Part shown: positions 26,894 through 35,362 of the stretch, piece after piece | Position numbering within the stretch: position 1 is the stretch's first letter | Layout: every line of letters begins with the position of its first letter | NCBI GenBank assembly: GCA_041496385.1 | Contig: JBGQEL010000001.1 | Coordinates: forward strand, 1-64,000 | DNA: 64,000 nt | Direction of reading: 5' to 3' | From: Candidatus Methylomirabilia bacterium | GTDB lineage: Bacteria; Methylomirabilota; Methylomirabilia; Rokubacteriales; CSP1-6 | Translations under genes and position numbers: made by a program | Notes under the pieces: generated by a model | What the model was told of the DNA's origin: nothing | Seen by the model: the letters and a program-made list of their open reading frames with translations, nothing else | The model's database searches: none

Positions 26894-27972
26894 ACGCGTT
26901 CGAAGGCGGCCTGCCAGGCGTCCATGCCGGACGTCAGGGCGAGCCGGATCGCGAGGACCCAGAGCGGGTGTTGTGGGAGTGGGAGCTTCCGTAGCCGCAC
27001 CCAGTCCTTCTCCGTCGTGATCAGGCCGTCGGCGCCGAGATCCTGGGCCCGTCCGTCGATCCGCGCGATGTCCTCCGACGAGTACCAGTGATGGTCGCCG
27101 AAGGGAACGAACTCCTCGAGGGCGACGCCGCTCGTCCGGAGGGTCTCGGCGAACGCCGAGGGCGCCGCGATGCCGGCGAAGCCGACGACCCGCCTTCCTG
27201 CAAGCTCGGCGAGCCCGACCGGTCGCATCCGGCTCGCCTCCCAGCACTCGGCCGGGACCGCGAGCGCGGTGAGCACGGGAACACCCGGGGCGTGCCGCTC
27301 GACCGTCTCGATCACCGCCTTGGCGTCACCGCGCGTGGCCGCGCCCGAGGCCACGACGAGATCGGCGCGCGCGAGCCCGTCGAGCGGCTCGCGGAGCGGC
27401 CCGGCCGGCAGGAGCCGCCCGTTGCCCCAGGGGTTCCGGGCCCTCGCCATCACGATTTCCAGGTCCTTCACGAGAGTCCGGTGCTGGAACGCGTCGTCGA
27501 GCACGATGGCCGTCACGCCGAAGCGTTCGATGGCGAGGCGCGCCGTCGCGTGGCGATTGCCCCCGACGACGACGGGCACGCCCGGAAGGCGTCGCGCCAG
27601 GAGAAACGGCTCGTCGCCCGCCTCTTCCGCGTCGAGCCGGATGGACGCCGCGTCGGCGACGACGTGGATGCCGCTGCCGGTGCGCCGGCCGTAGCCCCGG
27701 CTCACGACCGCCGGCCGGCGGCCGAGCGCCACGAGCGTCTGTACCGCGATCTCGACGGCGGGCGTCTTGCCGGTGCCGCCGACCGTGAGGTTGCCGATCG
27801 AGACGACCGGACAGCCGATCGGGCGCGACTTCAGCACGCCGCGGGCGTAGAGCCACTCGCGCGCGCCGAGGAGCCCGCGGTAGCCACCACCCGCGACCGC
27901 GAGAAGACGCGCGGGTCCCGGGGGGAAACCTTCGTCCCAGCCGCGCGTGAGCCTCGAGCCGCGGTCGCTCAT
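26878..27972 (-). CDS. lpxK: Tetraacyldisaccharide 4'-kinase
   Basis: VVSIGNLTVGGTGKTP, SRGYG, GDEP, LDDAFQHR, LPAGPLRE, TTEKD. Confidence 0.96.
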   Translation of the reverse strand: MSDRGSRLTRGWDEGFPPGPARLLAVAGGGYRGLLGAREWLYARGVLKSRPIGCPVVSIGNLTVGGTGKTPAVEIAVQTLVALGRRPAVVSRGYGRRTGSGIHVVADAASIRLDAEEAGDEPFLLARRLPGVPVVVGGNRHATARLAIERFGVTAIVLDDAFQHRTLVKDLEIVMARARNPWGNGRLLPAGPLREPLDGLARADLVVASGAATRGDAKAVIETVERHAPGVPVLTALAVPAECWEASRMRPVGLAELAGRRVVGFAGIAAPSAFAETLRTSGVALEEFVPFGDHHWYSSEDIARIDGRAQDLGADGLITTEKDWVRLRKLPLPQHPLWVLAIRLALTSGMDAWQAAFERVCSKN

Positions 27973-29246
27973 GCCGTCCCCTCCCTCAGGAGAAACCGTG
28001 AGACCAGGTCCAGCGTCTCCTTGACCGCGCCGTGGCGCGAGGCCGCGGCGTCGTGACCGGCCTCACCGAGCTTCCGCCGCAGCTCGCCGTCGGCCAAGAG
28101 CCGCGCCAGCTCACGTCCGAGCGCCGCACCGTCCCTCACGACGAGCGCCGCGCCCGCCGACCCAAGGAGCGCCGCTGCTTCGCGGAAGTTCCCCGTGTGG
28201 GGTCCGCAGAGCACCGGCTTCCGGCGGAGCGCGGGCTCGAGCATGTTGTGGCCGCCCAGCGGCACGAGGCTTCCCCCCACGAACACGACGTCGGCGACGC
28301 CATAGACGGGCGCGAGCTCGCCCACGGTGTCGAGCACGACGACTGCGTCGCGCTCACGCTCGCGCGGCATGGCGCTCCGGCGGACGGCAGGCCATCCCCG
28401 GGCTTTCACGAGGTCGACGACCTCGGTGGCCCGCTCCGGGTGCCGCGGAGCGATGACGAGCGCCAGCGCCGGGCTGTCGGCGCGCGCGAGCCGGTGGGCG
28501 GCCAGGACCGCCTCTTCTTCGCCTCGATGCGTGCTGCCGGCCACCCACACGGGCTGACCGGCCTCGAGACCGAGAAGCCGTCGCCAGATGTCCACCGATC
28601 CTCCCGTGTCGGCCGGTGGCACGTTTTTGATGTTTCCCGTCACCACCACCCGTTCTGGCCTGGCACCCAGCGCGATGATCCGCCGGGCGTCCTCGCTCGA
28701 CTGCATCGCAAAGACCGTCACGCAGTCGAGGACCCGGCGCATGAAGGGCCGCACCATCCGATAGCGGCGGTACGAGCGGTCGGAGATTCTGCCGTTGGCG
28801 ATCATCACCGGCACCCCGCGCGCGGCGAGTGCCCGCAGCAGGTTGGGCCAGAGCTCCGTCTCCATGCAGACCAGGAAGGCCGGGCGGAGCGCCTCGAGGA
28901 ATCGTCGCACCGTCCACGGCAGGTCCATGGGCAAGAATCGGTGGCTGGCGAGCTCGGCGTAGCGCTCGACGGCGACGCGCGCTCCCGTCACCGTCACCGT
29001 CGTCATCATCAGCGGCAGCGCCGGCCGCAGGCGCCGCACGCCCTCGACGAGGGGCGCCGCGGCGATCGCCTCGCCGACGGAGACCGCGTGGATCCACCCC
29101 GCCCCGGTCTCCGCCGCCCGCGCCCCTGGCGCGAGCCGCTCCCGGAGATGCAGCGGTACCCCGCGCCGGACACGGCGCAGCAGCGCGGCCGGCGTGTAGA
29201 CGACGACCAGGGCCACGCAGGCCAGGAGCGTGTAGAGCGCGTACAT
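27969..29246 (-). CDS. waaA: Kdo transferase
   Basis: WIHAVSVGE, ETELWPN, NGRISDRS, AGSTHRGEE, APRHPER, GGHNMLEPA. Confidence 0.96.
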   Translation of the reverse strand: MYALYTLLACVALVVVYTPAALLRRVRRGVPLHLRERLAPGARAAETGAGWIHAVSVGEAIAAAPLVEGVRRLRPALPLMMTTVTVTGARVAVERYAELASHRFLPMDLPWTVRRFLEALRPAFLVCMETELWPNLLRALAARGVPVMIANGRISDRSYRRYRMVRPFMRRVLDCVTVFAMQSSEDARRIIALGARPERVVVTGNIKNVPPADTGGSVDIWRRLLGLEAGQPVWVAGSTHRGEEEAVLAAHRLARADSPALALVIAPRHPERATEVVDLVKARGWPAVRRSAMPRERERDAVVVLDTVGELAPVYGVADVVFVGGSLVPLGGHNMLEPALRRKPVLCGPHTGNFREAAALLGSAGAALVVRDGAALGRELARLLADGELRRKLGEAGHDAAASRHGAVKETLDLVSRFLLREGTA

Positions 29247-29911
29247 CAGGCCCCCACCAGCCGGTCCGCGGCCGCGGTCACGTCGGCCAGGCCACGTTCG
29301 ACCTCCTTGGCCGCGCGGGCGCGGTCCGCGTCGCGCGTGACCGACACCGGGTCGCCGAAGACCGCCGCACAGCGTGCCAGCGGCATCGGGATCATGAACT
29401 CGTCCCAGCTGGCGAGCCTTCGGCTGGGCCGCGCGGCCACGCCGAGCGGCACGATCGGCGCTCCCGTCAGCGCGGCCAGCGCGACGATTCCCGGCTGGAG
29501 CTGACAGCGCGGTCCGCGCGGTCCGTCGGGCACCACCGCGACGTCCCGTCCGCGCCGGAGCCGCGCGACGAGCGCGCGCATCGCCTCGCCGCCTCCGCGG
29601 GAGCTGGAGCCACGCACCGACTCGAGGCCGAAGCGTCGCACGTAGCGCGCGAGGATCTCGCCGTCGCGCGAGCGGCTCACCAGGACGGTGACGGGGCGCG
29701 CGCCGTGGGTCGTCGCCAGCCGCGCGTGGAGCCAGGGGACCATCAGGATCCTCCCGTGCCAGACGGCGTAGATCAGCGGGTCACCGGAGGCCCAGCGTCG
29801 CGCCAGCCCGTCGGCGCCCACGACCGTCACCCGCAGCGTCGCCCCGAGGACCCGCACGGCGGCCGCAGCGAGCCGCGGCGCCAGCGCGCCGGCGAGCCAG
29901 CGTGCCCTCAT
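29246..29911 (-). CDS. DUF374 lysophospholipid acyltransferase family protein (LpxJ-like)
   Basis: AVWHGR, SRSRDGE, RGSSSRGG, PDGPRGP, SWDEFMIPMP; between lpxB and waaA. Confidence 0.85.
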   Translation of the reverse strand: MRARWLAGALAPRLAAAAVRVLGATLRVTVVGADGLARRWASGDPLIYAVWHGRILMVPWLHARLATTHGARPVTVLVSRSRDGEILARYVRRFGLESVRGSSSRGGGEAMRALVARLRRGRDVAVVPDGPRGPRCQLQPGIVALAALTGAPIVPLGVAARPSRRLASWDEFMIPMPLARCAAVFGDPVSVTRDADRARAAKEVERGLADVTAAADRLVGA

Positions 29912-31071
29912 CGCGCCCCTCCGGCGTGAGCCTCCGCGAGGACGAACCGCGCGGCGCGGGCGCCGACGCCCGGCTCGCCCAGCTCTCGCGCGAGTAGCGC
30001 GAGGTCTGCGCGCTGGCTCTCGAGGGCGCCGGGGGTGTCGAGGAGCCGGAGCGCTTCGCCGCCGAGGTTCTCGGCCGACGCCGCCTCCTGGAACAGCTCG
30101 GGCACCACGGCACGGCCCAGGGCGAGGTTCGGCAGGCTGAACCACGGCACGCGGATGAGCAGGCGCGCGATGAGCGCCGAGACGCGCGAGAAGCGGTAGC
30201 ACACGATCATTGGCGTACCGAGCACCCCGGCCTCGAGGGTCGCCGTGCCCGACGTCACGAGCAGCAGGTCGGCCGCCCGCATGACGCTGTACGTCCGGTC
30301 GCGCACGAGCTCGATGGGCGCCCTCTCGCCGAGCCGGCGGCGGACCTCGTCGGCGTCCACGGTCGGCGCGAGTGCCAACAGGACCCGGACGTCGGCGTCG
30401 CGCGCACGCACGAGCTCCGCGGCGTCGCGCAACAGCGGAAGTGTGCGCGCCACCTCTTCCCGCCGGCTCCCGGGCAGGAGGCCGAGGACCCGCGTGCGCT
30501 CGTCGACGCCAAGCTCGCGCCGCGCCGCCGCCCGGTCCGGGGCGCTGGCCACCGCGTCGAGGACGGGATGGCCGACGAACTCGACGGGGACTCCGGCCCG
30601 GCGGTACATCGGCGCCTCGAAGGGAAACACGGCGAGGACGAGCGTGATCCGTCGGCGGATGGCGCGCACGCGTCCACCGCGCCACGCCCAGATCTGCGGG
30701 GGGATGAAATAGACGACCGGCACGCCGGCGCGCCGCGCCGCACGCGCGAGCCGGAGGTTGAACTCGGGAAAGTCGATCACCACGAGCACGCCCGGGCGCC
30801 CGGCACTCTCGAGGACGTCGCGCAGGCAGCGGTACGCCCGGTACAGCAACGGGACGCGTCCCAGGGCCTCGCTCGCGCCCGTCGCCGCAGCGGCGGTCAC
30901 GTCCACGAGCAGCTCCATCCCCGCCGCCGCCATCCGCGCGCCGCCCATCCCGATGAGGCGGCAGCCCGGACGCTCGGCGCGGAGCGCGCGGCACAACGCC
31001 GCACCGTGAAGGTCGCCCGACGCTTCACCCGCGACGAGCATGATGGCGGGCGCGCGCCCCACGTCAGACAC
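29908..31071 (-). CDS. lpxB: Lipid-A-disaccharide synthase
   Basis: AGEASGDLHG, IDFPEFN, PPQIWAWR, FVGHP, LLPGSRREE, SGTATLE; start GTG 31071 or 31062. Confidence 0.96.
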   Translation of the reverse strand: MSDVGRAPAIMLVAGEASGDLHGAALCRALRAERPGCRLIGMGGARMAAAGMELLVDVTAAAATGASEALGRVPLLYRAYRCLRDVLESAGRPGVLVVIDFPEFNLRLARAARRAGVPVVYFIPPQIWAWRGGRVRAIRRRITLVLAVFPFEAPMYRRAGVPVEFVGHPVLDAVASAPDRAAARRELGVDERTRVLGLLPGSRREEVARTLPLLRDAAELVRARDADVRVLLALAPTVDADEVRRRLGERAPIELVRDRTYSVMRAADLLLVTSGTATLEAGVLGTPMIVCYRFSRVSALIARLLIRVPWFSLPNLALGRAVVPELFQEAASAENLGGEALRLLDTPGALESQRADLALLARELGEPGVGARAARFVLAEAHAGGAR

Positions 31072-31861
31072 CGAGGAGCGCGATGCCGGCGGCGTCCGCG
31101 CGCCGTACGGTCTCCTCGCGGTCGAGGAGCAGCACGCGCCCGGCTTCGACCGCGACCACCGCGGCCCGGCCCGCCGCCGCGGCCTCGAGGCTCTCGGGAC
31201 CGATACCGGGCGTGTCGAATCGATAGTCGTGGTCGCGCGCGACGGCCTTGACGACGACCGCGCCCGGACCCGCGAGGCGCGTGCCACGCCGGATCGCCTC
31301 CGTCGTGCCCTCGACCGCCTCCACCGCGGTCACCGCGCCGCGTCGCACGACGACGGTCTGACCGACGCGAGCATCCGCCACGAGGCGCGCCACCGCCAGC
31401 CCGACCGCGACGTCGCGCCGCTCGTCCTCGGTCGGCGTCCGCCGGGACCAGCACCCCGAGCCGGCGAGCTCGTCGCCCAGGAACGGCCGCTGATCGAGCA
31501 CCGTCACGCCCATCTCCGTCAGCGTCGTCACGACGACCTCGATGAGCCGCATGTCGAGGCGGGAGCCCGCACGCTCGTCCAGCCGGGCCGCGGCATCGTC
31601 GCCCGGCTGCGCCGCGATGAGGTCCTGTGCGGAGAACTTTCCGGAGAAGAGGGCGGCCGTGAGGCCCTCCTGGCCGAGCGCCGCGAGCACCGCGGCCGGC
31701 TCGGTGACGCGGCTCGGGATGACACGGAGCGCGTGGCGATCGACACCGGGCGCGTCGCCGAAGGTGAAGGCCACGACGCGCCAGCCCTGGCGCCGCGCCT
31801 CCGCCGCCATGCGCGCCGGCAGCGTGCCGGCGCCGCACATCAGGCCGAGCGCCCGCTCCAC
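31064..31861 (-). CDS. lpxI: UDP-2,3-diacylglucosamine diphosphatase LpxI
   Basis: GLMCGAGTLP, VGQTVVV, AVEAVEGT, DYRFDTPGIG; start approximate (GTG 31861). Confidence 0.88.
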   Translation of the reverse strand: MERALGLMCGAGTLPARMAAEARRQGWRVVAFTFGDAPGVDRHALRVIPSRVTEPAAVLAALGQEGLTAALFSGKFSAQDLIAAQPGDDAAARLDERAGSRLDMRLIEVVVTTLTEMGVTVLDQRPFLGDELAGSGCWSRRTPTEDERRDVAVGLAVARLVADARVGQTVVVRRGAVTAVEAVEGTTEAIRRGTRLAGPGAVVVKAVARDHDYRFDTPGIGPESLEAAAAGRAAVVAVEAGRVLLLDREETVRRADAAGIALLGV

Positions 31862-32871
31862 GGTGGGGGCGTGGGGTACGTGGTCTCGGTGCGCCCGTCG
31901 CGAATCATCCGCTCGATCTCGAGCGCCAGCGCGAGCGACCGGAGATCCTCGCCCTCGGCGAGGACCACGGCCTCTCCCGCGCGCGCGGCCCGGACCGCGC
32001 GGATGAGATGCTGGATTTCCAGCTTCAGCGGGTTTTCCTTGTGGACCTGGACGTGCTCGACGAACGAAGCACGGCGGTACCGGATGGACTCGCGATCCAG
32101 CGTGTACTCCTGCGCGGCGCGCCGATGCACCCGGATGTCCTGCTCGGAATAGTCGAGCACGACGTACGCGTCGGGCTGCGTCACGGCGAGGGTGCGGATC
32201 TTCTCCTCCGTCACGCGGCTCGCGGTGATGATCGCGATCGTCCCCGACTCGAAGCCGATCTGCACCGTGGCGACGTCCGTGACGGGCGAGTGCACGGACG
32301 ATCCCACCGCGGCGAGCCGTCGAGGCGGCGAGTCCACCAGCCGGAGCACGATGTCCAGGTCGTGGATCATCAGGTCCATCACGACGGTGTCCTTCTGGAC
32401 TCGCGACGCGAACGGGCCGAGCCGGCGCGACTCGACCAGGATCGGCCGTGCCACGATCTTCTTGAGCTCCTGGACGGCGCCGTTGAAGCGCTCCACGTGG
32501 CCCACGTGGAGGACGGCGCGACAACGTCGGGCGAGCGCGAAAAGCTCGCGCGCCTCCTCGAGCGTCGGCGCGACCGGCTTCTCGACGAGGACGGCGACGC
32601 CCGCCTCGAGGAAGTCGCTCGCGACGGCGAAGTGCTGCTCGGTCGGCACCGCGACGCTCACGAGATCCACCTGACCGATGAGGTCACGGTGGTCCGTGAG
32701 CGCGCGCGTCCCGTAGCGGGCCGCGGCCGCCGCGGCGCGGTCGTGCTCGACGTCCACGACGCCCGCGAGCTCGATGTCCCAGAGCTCGGCGTAGACGAGC
32801 AGGTGGTACTGGCCCATGTGGCCGGCCCCCACGACGCCCGCGCGCAAGCGCCGGCCCGCGTCGACGGTCAC
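31840..32871 (-). CDS. Gfo/Idh/MocA oxidoreductase (GnnA-like UDP-GlcNAc 3-dehydrogenase candidate)
   Basis: GVVGAGHMG, VLVEKP, VGHVERFN, DLMIHDLD; between lpxA and lpxI/lpxB. Confidence 0.85.
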   Translation of the reverse strand: MTVDAGRRLRAGVVGAGHMGQYHLLVYAELWDIELAGVVDVEHDRAAAAAARYGTRALTDHRDLIGQVDLVSVAVPTEQHFAVASDFLEAGVAVLVEKPVAPTLEEARELFALARRCRAVLHVGHVERFNGAVQELKKIVARPILVESRRLGPFASRVQKDTVVMDLMIHDLDIVLRLVDSPPRRLAAVGSSVHSPVTDVATVQIGFESGTIAIITASRVTEEKIRTLAVTQPDAYVVLDYSEQDIRVHRRAAQEYTLDRESIRYRRASFVEHVQVHKENPLKLEIQHLIRAVRAARAGEAVVLAEGEDLRSLALALEIERMIRDGRTETTYPTPPPWSGRSA

Positions 32872-33725
32872 GCGGGCTCGCTTCCGGCCGCGGTCGGCAC
32901 GTCGCCCGGATCGCCCAGCGGGCCCTCGGCGCGGTCTGGCCCGCCGCAGATTCCGCGTCGCGAGGTCGCGATGAACTCGAGCAGGCGGACCAGAAGTGGG
33001 ATCCCGAGCAGCTCGCTCCGGATCCGCTCGACCGCGCGCTGCGGCCCGAGCCCCGACCGGTAGAGGATGCGATAGGCGTCCTGGAGGACGCGCCGGTCGG
33101 CCGCGGGCACGCCCGCGCGCCGGAGCCCCACGACGTTCACCCCGCGTGCCAGCGCGGGGATCCCGTCGGCGAGCATGAAGGGCGGCACGTCCGCGGTCAC
33201 CTTGGAAAAGCCGCCGATGTAGGCGAACGCGCCGACGCGCGTGAACGGTACGATACCCGAGAGTCCGCCGATCGTGGCGCGCTCGCCGATCTCGCAGTGG
33301 CCGGTGATCCCGGCGTAGTTGATGACGATCGCGCCGTCGGCCACGCGACAGTCATGCGCGACGTGGCTCATGGCCATGATCAGGCAGTCCGCCCCGATCT
33401 CGGTCCAGCCCTCGGGGCGCGTCGCGCGGTGGATCGTGACGTATTCCCGGATGACGGTGCCCGCCCCGATCCGCACACCCGACGGCGTTCCCTCCTTGTA
33501 CTTGAGGTCCTGCGGCCTGCCGCCGAGGACCGCGCCGTGGCCCACCTGCGCGCGTGGACCGATCTCGACGCGTCCCTCGAGCACGACGTGATGCCCGACG
33601 TCGACCCCGGCGTCGAGCGTGACCTCGGGACCCACGACCGAGAACGCGCCGACCCGCGCGCCGGCATCGATCCGCGCGGCCGGGTCGACGAGCGCCGTGG
33701 GGTGGATGCCCTCAGCGCGCGTCAT
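32868..33725 (-). CDS. lpxA: Acyl-ACP--UDP-GlcNAc acyltransferase
   Basis: IHPTA hexapeptide repeats, [29 protein letters not shown]. Confidence 0.94.
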   Translation of the reverse strand: MTRAEGIHPTALVDPAARIDAGARVGAFSVVGPEVTLDAGVDVGHHVVLEGRVEIGPRAQVGHGAVLGGRPQDLKYKEGTPSGVRIGAGTVIREYVTIHRATRPEGWTEIGADCLIMAMSHVAHDCRVADGAIVINYAGITGHCEIGERATIGGLSGIVPFTRVGAFAYIGGFSKVTADVPPFMLADGIPALARGVNVVGLRRAGVPAADRRVLQDAYRILYRSGLGPQRAVERIRSELLGIPLLVRLLEFIATSRRGICGGPDRAEGPLGDPGDVPTAAGSEPA

Positions 33726-34791
33726 CGTCGTTCCTCGGCTCGGGCGCCGCGAGGCCGAGCTGTCCCTCGAGCCGCTGGAGACGCCGCTCCGCCTGCCGCA
33801 GGCGTCTGGCGATATCGGGCAGCTGCTCCTCGAGCACGAAGAGGCGCTTGGCCTGGACCACGGGTCGCGCGGGCGTGCCGAAGACCTTCTCCCCCGGGGC
33901 GACGTTTCGCGCGAGCCCCGACTGCGCGAGCACCACGGCACCGTCGCCGACCTCCAGATGGTCCGCGACGCCGACCTGCCCGGCGAGGACGACGCCGCGA
34001 CCGATCCGGCACGAGCCCGAGATCCCGACCTGGGCGACGATGATCGAGTGCTCGCCGATCTCGACGTTGTGGCCGACCTGCACGAGGTTGTCGATCTTGG
34101 TGCCGCGCCGCACGACGGTATCGCCGAGCATCGCGCGGTCGATCGTCGTGTTGGCGCCGATCTCCACGTCGTCCTCGATCTGGACGCCGCCGACCTGGGG
34201 GATCTTCCGGTGCGCCTCGCCGTCGAAGGCATAGCCGAAGCCGTCTGCGCCCACGACCGCGCCGGGATGAACCACCACCCGGCGGCCGAGCCGGACGCCG
34301 GCGCAGAGCACGACGCCCGCGTGGATCACCGAGTCCTCGCCCACCACCGCCCGCGCGCCCACGAACGCGCCGGCGTGGACGCGCACGCGCGGGCCGAGGC
34401 TCGCGCCCGCCTCGACCACGACGAGCGGGCCGATGGTGGCGGTCGGGTCGACCCGGGCATCTGGCGCGACGACGGCCGCAGGATCGATCCCGGGCGCGGG
34501 CGGCGCCGGCGGGTGGAAGAGCGTGAGCAGCCGGATGAGCGCCTGCTGCGGCTTCGGCGCACGAAGTACGGGCGCGGGCAGCCCCGCCGCATCCGTCCCG
34601 GCGAGGAACGCGCCGGCCCGCGAGGCCAGCGCGGCAGCGCCGTAGCGGGCATCGATCAGGAAGGAGATGTGCTCCGGGCCGGCGGCGTCGAGCGCCGCCA
34701 CGCCGGTGACCACACGGCCCGGGTCGCCTTCCAGCGTCGCCTGGAGGGCGGCGGCGAGCTCACCGAGGGTGAACCCGACTGCCTTGCCCAT
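33712..34791 (-). CDS. lpxD: UDP-3-O-acylglucosamine N-acyltransferase
   Basis: [32 protein letters not shown]. Confidence 0.96.
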   Translation of the reverse strand: MGKAVGFTLGELAAALQATLEGDPGRVVTGVAALDAAGPEHISFLIDARYGAAALASRAGAFLAGTDAAGLPAPVLRAPKPQQALIRLLTLFHPPAPPAPGIDPAAVVAPDARVDPTATIGPLVVVEAGASLGPRVRVHAGAFVGARAVVGEDSVIHAGVVLCAGVRLGRRVVVHPGAVVGADGFGYAFDGEAHRKIPQVGGVQIEDDVEIGANTTIDRAMLGDTVVRRGTKIDNLVQVGHNVEIGEHSIIVAQVGISGSCRIGRGVVLAGQVGVADHLEVGDGAVVLAQSGLARNVAPGEKVFGTPARPVVQAKRLFVLEEQLPDIARRLRQAERRLQRLEGQLGLAAPEPRNDDDAR

Positions 34792-34798
34792 CGCTCCG

Positions 34799-35353
34799 CT
34801 ACTTCTTGCCCTTGGTTGTGGCCTGCTGATCGAACGCCTTGATGACCTCCTCCGTCAGATCCGCCTCCGGTGCGGCGTAGAGGACCGTGGCACCCCGTCG
34901 CTCGACGATGAGGTAGTAGCCGCGATCCTTGCCCACCTTCTCGATGACTCCGGAGACGTCCTGGAGGACTTTCTGCAAGAGCGTTGCTTCCTTCTTCTCG
35001 AGCTCCTTCTGGAAATCATCCGCCAGACGGGCCGCGTCGCGGCGCTTCCGCTCGAACTGATCCTGCTTTTCGCGCCGTGCATCCGCGGTCATGAGCGGGC
35101 CCTTCTTCTCGAGCTCGTCGCGCAGGGCCTCGAGCTCCTTGCGCTTCGTGTCCATCTCCTTCTGCATGCCGGCCTTCTCACGCTCGAGCTGCTCCCGGGC
35201 CGCGACGCCGGACGCCGAGCGCGCCAGGACCCGCTGAACGTCGATGAATCCGATTCGCGTCGCTGGAGCGGGCGCGGGCGTCTGCGCCCACGCCGACAGG
35301 CCGGTGACGAGGACCATGGTCGCGACGCTCACTGCGCTCGATAGTACCCTCAT
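34799..35353 (-). CDS. skp: Periplasmic chaperone Skp/OmpH
   Basis: Signal peptide, [11 protein letters not shown], coiled coil, DLTEEVIK; bamA-skp-lpxD order. Confidence 0.92.
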   Translation of the reverse strand: MRVLSSAVSVATMVLVTGLSAWAQTPAPAPATRIGFIDVQRVLARSASGVAAREQLEREKAGMQKEMDTKRKELEALRDELEKKGPLMTADARREKQDQFERKRRDAARLADDFQKELEKKEATLLQKVLQDVSGVIEKVGKDRGYYLIVERRGATVLYAAPEADLTEEVIKAFDQQATTKGKK

Positions 35354-35362
35354 CCCAGCCTC

